Of a stretch of DNA of 64,000 nucleotides, positions 56,148-64,000 are shown in pieces. Within the stretch, counting starts at the first letter, position 1; every line of letters starts with the position of its first letter. The stretch is taken from NCBI GenBank assembly GCA_964016885.1, contig OZ024747.1, positions 82,894,001 through 82,958,000 on the forward strand. The letters are read 5' to 3'. A program made the translations under genes and the position numbers. The notes under the pieces were generated by a model. The model did not search any database and was not told the DNA's origin. It saw only the letters and a list, made by a program, of their open reading frames with translations. This stretch comes from Eledone cirrhosa. Its lineage: Eukaryota.

Positions 56148-56328
56148 GCCAGAACAAAAGATATATCATATAAAGAACATGAAGTGAGAATGGTGAAAGA
56201 TAGAACTGACGAAAGAAAAAATTTAATGAAAATTAAAATTTAAAGAAATTCTAGAAATAATGAAAACAGGATTTTAAAAAATCCCAATTTCTTCTAATTT
56301 TTTATATTTTATTTTATTTTGTAATATA

Positions 56329-56363
<35 letters not shown>

Positions 56364-56371
56364 ATGCGTCT

Positions 56372-56412
<41 letters not shown>

Positions 56413-56429
56413 TGTGTGCCTGTGTGTGT

Positions 56430-56463
<34 letters not shown>

Positions 56464-56491
56464 CTCTGTGTGTGTGTGTGTCTGTGTGTGT

Positions 56492-56522
<31 letters not shown>

Positions 56523-57043
56523 CCTGTGTGTGTGTGTGTGTGTGTGTGTGCCCGTGTGCCTGTGTGTCTGTGAGTATGTCTGTGTATCTGCGTGTGTGTG
56601 TGGTAGAAAATCTCACATTCAATAGTAAATATGTGAATTGTAAATATGTCTAAATGTTCTTAGATTAATTTTTTAACTAATATGTTCGGAACTATTGTAA
56701 AAACGAATCAGATGTGAGAACCTAGTGTGAATTGAACTTTTGTTTTCTACTCTCGGCTCAAGTTGACCAATGCCTTGTGAGTGATATTTGGTAGGCGAGA
56801 TTTAGAAATGTCCATCGCCAGTATGTATGTTTACCTTTGTAGCTATATTTATGTCTCGTAATTTAATGTTTCAGAACACAAAGTGCCGGAAGACATACTA
56901 CAAGGCATCATGTCTGACACACCAAGAATTCCACCAAACCACTGCTCTAGCTAAGTAGTTTATTTCATCCCTTCCCGCATCACTGCCCACACCATATCAC
57001 CTTTCCACTTCAATTCATTCAGCATTTACTCATGCATAACCTA

Positions 57044-57180
57044 TATATATTTATATATATATATATATATATATACATGAAGCCAGAACAAAAGATATAT
57101 CATATAAAGAACATGAAGTGAGAATGGTGAAAGATAGAACTGACGAAAGAAAGAAATTAATGAAAATCAAAGTTTTACAT
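57044..57180 (-). mobile_element. 5'-truncated retroposon end with (TA)n tail and 12-bp TSD; second copy at 56143-56240
   Basis: ATGCATAACCTA at 57032-57043 and 57181-57192. Confidence 0.75.
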
Positions 57181-57895
57181 ATGCATAACCTAAGTGACAA
57201 CCCAATCGTACCTCCTTTCTTCACTCTCTGACATGAATCCGAAAAAACAAATTCTTCTCCTCTCACAAAAATCGAAGGTATTGTATTTTTCGATGACCCT
57301 ATACCTACAGTAAATATGCTAATTTTAGTCTTAATTTAATCTTAGTTTACCCGAAATTAAACGATATCCATGTTTAACAGTGGGGTTTTGTGTAGACATA
57401 CAAACTATTACCGACGTTAATAAGAAGAAAAGTGAGCTCCTAGTGGAAATGAAACAACGTCGCTTTCGTTAATGTCCTAAAAGCATGAGTCGAGGATTCA
57501 AGGAAAAAAAGAAAAATATATAATGAAAGATAACTGTAATATAGAAAAGAGATGAAAGAAAATTAGTTTCTCTGACTATAGAGGAAATAATTACAGTTTA
57601 GCATATACAATGACCAGAGACTAAATGACAAGAAAGTGAATTTAATGGGAAATATATATTCAATTGGTTTGACGAAATATTATTTTTCCTCTTGAAGTGT
57701 TTCTATCATTTAGATTCCATCTTGCATAAGTACGTATATCTAAAAATGGAAATCTTGAAATATTTAAGAGTAGTTCCATATTATAAATATGCAGCAGTTA
57801 AAGAACAAATACCTACCAATAATAATAATAATTTTATGTATATATATATAGATACATATATATACATACTCGTATATATACATATATACATACAT

Positions 57896-57962
<67 letters not shown>

Positions 57963-58090
57963 AGACAAACCACAACAGAAACACAAACCCTCCATCTCAA
58001 TTTTACTTTACTTTTAAATAGATATTCTTAAAAGACTCTTGTATTTTCATTTTTTCTTTATATATATATATATGTACATATATATATATA

Positions 58091-58184
<94 letters not shown>

Positions 58185-58221
58185 CATATATATATACATA
58201 TATATACATATATATACATAT

Positions 58222-58289
<68 letters not shown>

Positions 58290-58980
58290 TGGCTGCCAAC
58301 TCGTTTTCGAGTACGGCCACTACTTTATATCCATGTAGGAGAACTCCTACCGATGCGCTGAACGAGTGTGACTTTTTAGTCCAGCCAGCGACTTGAAAAC
58401 TCTGGTACAAACACTACACTTGTGACAATTATTGACACATAATGCTGGGCCCATGGTACCATGTGACGACAAGTGCGGAGAGATCTCCAGATATAAAGCA
58501 ATGCCTGTGCCGTGAAGCTTTTATAGTGAGCAAAGTGTATGTATATATGTATATATACATATATATATACAAGCGCTGATGTTGGATGCGATATGTGATC
58601 TATATTGTTGATATACGATGTAAGTTATATATTTTGCACTCAGCCTCACCGCTATGTCCGGGTCAGTATAAAATCTTTTCCTGGGTCCTGTATTTTCGTT
58701 GATCTAGTGATGCGGATGGACTGCCGACCGCTATATCAGATTTGCTAAGCTGTCTGAACGTAATGTTATTACTCTGGGGTCTTTCCTCATCTGAGTGCTC
58801 AAGCTACAGACCGATTATGCATATATGCTAGCTTGGCCGTATTCTAAAGCTTCGTCAATGCTGTAATAAAATTTATATACACACATATATATATATACAC
58901 ATATATATATATACGCATATATATATATATACGCATATATATATATATACGCATATATATATATACGCATATATATATAC

Positions 58981-59017
<37 letters not shown>

Positions 59018-59107
59018 TATATACGCATATATATATAAGCATATATATATATTTATATATATATATATAAATATATATATATATACATACACACATATAT
59101 ATATATA

Positions 59108-59143
<36 letters not shown>

Positions 59144-59261
59144 GATATCTTTTATAAAAATAATTAAAGTTAAAATCCTCCTTCGCGTTCAAAATTCATG
59201 CGCATTGCTCTAGGTCTAGATTTCTTCTTCTTCTTCTAGAACGACAGAATCGTCTCCATTA

Positions 59262-59408
59262 CTGGACTGGTAATTTTTTATCGACCTCGAGAGAATGAAA
59301 GACAAAGTTTACCTCGACGGGATTTGAACTCAGATAGCGAAAAGAACCGGAACGAATACTGCAAACCATTCTATCCGACATTTTCACGACTCTCCCAACA
59401 CCCCGCTA
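59262..59408 (-). mobile_element. SINE family 1, older diverged copy
   Basis: Core and B box recognisable. Confidence 0.75.
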
Positions 59409-60490
59409 CTTGGGTGAGGTTCAACCTGAAATAAATGAGCTTTCCGTATCTAACAGATCAGAGATAGAGTTGTATTACTTCATAAATTGAAACGTTCGTA
59501 TGAGCGAAACTCAATAGACTAATTACTAGCCTGAATATCTGTGCTGAACAAAGGACAATGTTAGTAGGACATGGATTATTAATTGTTTAATACATACCGT
59601 AAATTCATTAGTAACGGTGTTAGAAGCCGTCATGGAAATTTAACCATTGCTTTGAAGTAACTATCACACAACGAGAATCTATTATATGACTCGGTGATTC
59701 GTGTCTTAAACTGATTTAGTATAAACTGGTTTAGTATAACAAGACATGTGCTTTGTTTTTTCATACATTACTAGCTGACCACTGTTGTCAATAATGACAG
59801 GATTAGTAGGCCATATATACCAGAATTATCATATAAATGAACGATCATACCAACTGGGAAGTTTGCGTTTTCATAAATTGATGGTTTGCTTAAGAAAGAC
59901 CTTATGGTTTATGATGATTACTGACACGTGGAAGTGATTAAAGCTAAGAATATTTTAATAGTGTATTACATGGATATAACTACATAAATGTACAGTATTA
60001 ATGTATGAATAACTTTGTAGAAACAGCTACTTACAGGAATAAATATATGGCTGGAACCCAGGAGCTTGTGATTGTAAAGCGAACTTCTTATTATAACAAC
60101 ATGACTGAGATAGGAAATGTATTATGTGTATAGATTTTGTGTGTAAATTTTAAAGATTTACAGACTGTAATATTTATAAATTTGCAACACACGCACGGCG
60201 TATGGGTGATTGGTACGACTTCATTTGTAGTCAGGAAGAAATAAGTCATTTGCTAGACTTTATCATGATGATAACTACTCCCCAGTTGTTTTTGTTTGTT
60301 TTTATTTTGTTTTGTTTTTCTGGGTTTTTTTCCGTTCTTGTTTTGGTAGAGAGGATGTAATAAAAGAAAAGCTACTGCAAGGCATTAATGTTTACAAAAT
60401 GAGACACTCAATAATAGAAGCGTAATAGAGACTCGTTTATTTATTAATAGTTTATCCGGAGAAGAAAAAAATCACTTTAAGCTAAATGAG

Positions 60491-60950
60491 AACTGTCCAT
60501 ATAGTATAGACTAGTAGTCATGGAATATTGTAGGAAATACTATGACAAGAATCGTATATAACTAAAAACTGTCCATATAGTATAGACTAGTAGTCATGGA
60601 ATATTGTAGGAAATACTATGACAAGAATCGTATATAACTACAAACTGTCCATATAGTATAGACTAGTAGTCATGGAATATTGTAGGAAATACTATGACAA
60701 GAATCGTATATAACTACAAACTGTCCATATAGTATAGACTAGTAGTCATGGAATATTGTAGGAAATACTATGACAAGAATCGTATATAACTACAAACTGT
60801 CCATATAGTATAGACTAGTAGACATGGAATATTGTAGGAAATACTATGACAAGAATCGTATATAACTACAAACTGTCCATATAGTATAGACTAGTAGTCA
60901 TGAAATATTGTAGGAAATACTATGACAAGAATCGTATATAACTACGAACT
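60491..60950. repeat. 76-bp minisatellite x6
   Basis: AACTGTCCATATAG... starts at 60491, 60567, 60643, 60719, 60795 and 60871. Confidence 0.97.
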
Positions 60951-61019
60951 GATCCAAAATTGACCTACTATATTAAATTACTTGGCACTGATTAGAACGA
61001 ATCAATGCACTCATATTAT

Positions 61020-61240
61020 TCTGTTAATGGTTTCAGTCATTGAACTGTTGTCATACAAGGGCACTGCATTGATTTAGTCTATCATATCGACATATTTTTC
61101 AAATCTGGCATTTTATCGAATCTTGTCTTGTCTAACTGCTAAATTATATGGTATACACATGCCCACGGTGCCGTACAGCGAGACTGAACCTCAGACCACG
61201 TGGCTGCCAAAGGGTTAACAATATAGCCATGCCTACGCAT
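61020..61240 (-). mobile_element. Diverged tRNA SINE (family 2-like); related tail fragment at about 43975-44062
   Basis: GGTTTCAGTCATT tail shared with 43997-44010; GGTTCAGTCTC B-box-like on the minus strand. Confidence 0.55.
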
Positions 61241-61475
61241 AGTTAGAGATTAGTGTGGTGAAGGTAAAACCAAATGAAATATCTGACCAAACTATTTCTT
61301 TAATGACAAATTAATAAATGTCATAAGAGTTCCAGAGAAATGTTGAGGTCATCAAACTATTTAATGACCTTTGATAAAGGATATGTCAATATGTGTCTGG
61401 AATATATATTGTCCTTTCTATTTGAACTTTACAGATAAAATATTTTGAAATTGTAAAAATATATATATAATCTTA

Positions 61476-61885
61476 GGTAATGACCGAAAGAATACGATCG
61501 TGAATACAAGGAGCCGAAATGGGGTTCCTGAGAAAGGTCTTCGGAGTAATGTTACTCGTTAAAGTGCGTAGTTCGAGAATAAGAGAGTCACTCCATGTAG
61601 AGGTGCTACTTCTCTGAATTGAGAGATCACAGCTCCGATACTAAGGACATGTGGTTAGAATGTCTCAGAAAAGAATCGTTGGACAAATTTTACGGGCAAA
61701 ACCAACCGACAGGAGACCCAGGGGTAGACCCCGAGCAAGATGATTAGATAACATCCAATAGCATGTCTGGTCTCGCTTGGGGATCCAGACAAATCAGTTG
61801 GAAACGATTGATTCTGACAGGACCCACTGAAAGGAGTGTTTGTTCCCACGGCCCTCTCAAAAATAAGTGGGCGAAAAAGAAAGAA
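61476..61885 (+). mobile_element. RTE-clade LINE 3' fragment (Expander/Rex3-like), with in-frame stops
   Basis: VMTERIRS*IQGAEMGFLRKVFGV...VRSSRIRESLHVE...IERSQLRY*GHVVRM...RRPRGRPRAR*LDNI. Confidence 0.88.
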
Positions 61886-62053
61886 CAAGGAGCAGAACTA
61901 TTTTACTACGTTACCCAATGAGAAGTCCTCCCTTCGTTTTGTTTTGTTTTTGTTTGTTTTTTGTTGTTGTTTTTTTTTTGTCTGTTTTTTTTGTTGAAAT
62001 AGTTGAAGTTGTTTTTTTTTGTTTTTGTTTTTTAAAGGTTTTGCATGGTTTAA

Positions 62054-62273
62054 CCCTTAGCATTTAAACCGGCCATATTCGGTCAGAATTCTCTCACCTC
62101 TTTCTGTTCAAACCGGCTGTAACCAGCTGCTCATACTGATGTTAAGGTATTGTTCTCAAAATAAATAATATCAAAGTCTCATAAATTCAATATTATGTTA
62201 GATAAGAAAATGAGATAAAGCCTTTACTATGAAAATATAATAGTATATATAGAATAATGTAAATGGTAAAGGG
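62054..62273. mobile_element. piggyBac-type MITE
   Basis: TTAA-CCCTTAGCATTTA...TAAATGGTAAAGGG-TTAA. Confidence 0.75.
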
Positions 62274-63077
62274 TTAAGGGAGATTTGATTAGCATTTGTT
62301 ACACACACACACATATCGTATGCGGGGTGGGTTCTCGTGCTGAACCAAATATCACACCACCATCTCCATGGAGATATTTGTGTGATATTTGGCTGCTACA
62401 ATTAACAGATCGAACGACTATGCGGCGGAATATCCTTTGTTATGTAAAAAGAAAATGGCGGATAATCAAGTAACAAATAAGTAGGTGGGAAATAATACGA
62501 GACATATGCATTTCATGCAAGATACATAGAGTAGACAGTCTAGGATTTGCTGTTATATTTTAAAATACACGTTTCGAAGGATTATTGTGGATATAAATCA
62601 CAATAAAATAATTGGAAAGATTATATTATAATACATACGAAATTGCAGATTGGGAGAGCTTGAAGACCTAATAGAGCGAGTAAATCAATGTAATGCAACT
62701 ACAATGGAAAATAAATCAAAGTAGAGAAGAAAAGAACGTGATGGTATTTAAAATATATGTGACGAAACTTCAATTTGATAAGACCAGATTAAATATTAGA
62801 AAATAATTCCAATATGAAAAATGTGGATTATTGATATGACTTGTGAAATTGCGGTAAAACTGAGAAGATACTAACATAAGAACTTTGAGAAGTGTGAGTA
62901 AAGAAATGATAATAAATTATATATGTTTATATATATATATATATAACCATTACTCCTGATAGAATCGTAGATGTGCCATAGTCACATACTGCGTGGCTTG
63001 AGCACTTTAAACCTGACGGAACCCATCCCTTCTCCAGGTCTGGACACACTCAAGGAAAAAGAGAAAGAGAGAGAGAG

Positions 63078-63168
<91 letters not shown>

Positions 63169-63209
63169 TAGAGAAATGAGAAAGAGATATAGAGGAAGAG
63201 TCAACCACA

Positions 63210-63350
63210 GTACTGGACTGGTATTTATTTTATTGACATCGAAAGGATGAAAGGCAAGTTGACTTTCACAGGATTTGAACTCAGAGTGTAATGAGCCGGA
63301 ACGAACACCGCAAAACATTCTATCTGACGTTTTAACTACGCTACCAATTC
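63210..63350 (-). mobile_element. SINE family 1, older copy
   Basis: Core and B box recognisable. Confidence 0.78.
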
Positions 63351-63433
63351 GGCATCAATACATTATAAATACCCTGTGTACATAGTGAGTGACTGAGAAT
63401 ATATTCTAGTGGTGAGAACAATAACACAATTGT

Positions 63434-63543
63434 CCCAACACGACCCAACATGGCCCAACACGACCCAACATGGCCCAACATGGCCCAACAGGACCCAACA
63501 TGGCCAAACATGGCCCAACATGACCCAACACCACCCAACATGG
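63434..63543. repeat. 10-bp tandem repeat CCCAACATGG/CCCAACACGA x11
   Basis: Directly visible. Confidence 0.93.
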
Positions 63544-63716
63544 TCAGAGCAATCAGTCAGTATCTGAAAGATACGAAGTTCAATTTTTCGTAACGGCCGC
63601 TGACCACTTTTTTCATTTCGTAGATATTTAATCTGATTTTCTAAGATATTTATAGCAACCTACTGTATTTACCGCTATTTCTGCCCCTGAGTTCCTTACA
63701 TTACATATCTATATAA

Positions 63717-63906
63717 GGGCGGAGGATTGGCAGAATCATTAGAGTGTCGGACATCATGCTTTGCAGCATAGAGTTACGGCCCTTTACGTTCTGAGTTAAA
63801 ATCCCGCCAAGGTTAACTTTGCCTTTCATCCTTACAGGGTAGATAAAATAAAGTATCAGTAATGTACTGGGGTAATTGCTCGCCTTGTGTCCAAAGTAGA
63901 AACTAT
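63717..63906 (+). mobile_element. SINE family 1, full length
   Basis: Matches the consensus from GGCGGAGGATTGGCAG to AAAGTAGAAAC. Confidence 0.9.
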
Positions 63907-64000
63907 TATATATTTAGATACAATTTTTTTATATTTCATAAGTAGTTGAATAGGTGACAGAAAATACAAGCTTGTACACTACTTTGGCGAGGTGGTAGCA

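Noticed and set aside
58815-58865. Minus-strand GCA-TTGACGA-AGCT...AGCT-AGCATATA-TGC hammerhead-like layout
   Set aside because: GAAA box is missing and the first core base is altered; too degenerate to call.

Overview
AT-rich, extremely repeat-dense animal genomic DNA with no recognisable host protein-coding gene. The SINE types and microsatellite load resemble octopod cephalopod genomes (inference from memory, not a database match). Almost all ORFs in the track are artefacts of (TA)n, (CA)n, (GA)n, (CATA)n and (CAC/AAC)n repeats. Supported content: (1) two large 5'-truncated Penelope-like retroelements (PLEs) with RT and GIY-YIG remnants (18240-21131 and about 21752-24322, both minus strand), plus many short PLE 3'-end fragments embedded in (TA)n; (2) about eight hammerhead ribozyme (HHR) or HHR-derived motifs from several families, clustered at 13-28 kb; (3) a series of long fold-back palindromes whose junctions fall in or beside those HHR motifs; (4) 3' fragments of RTE, R4/Dong-like and CRE-like LINEs; (5) more than 20 copies or fragments of one tRNA-derived SINE, several with target-site duplications (TSDs), plus other SINE families; (6) Tc1/mariner-, piggyBac- and hAT-like MITEs; (7) minisatellites with 18, 21, 26, 28, 44, 76 and 10 bp units. 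The most interesting signals are the ribozyme-centred fold-backs, an HHR variant with a compensatory A15.1-U16.1 swap whose sister copy starts exactly at the predicted cleavage site, and a TSD-bounded insertion that carries its own (TA)n tract.
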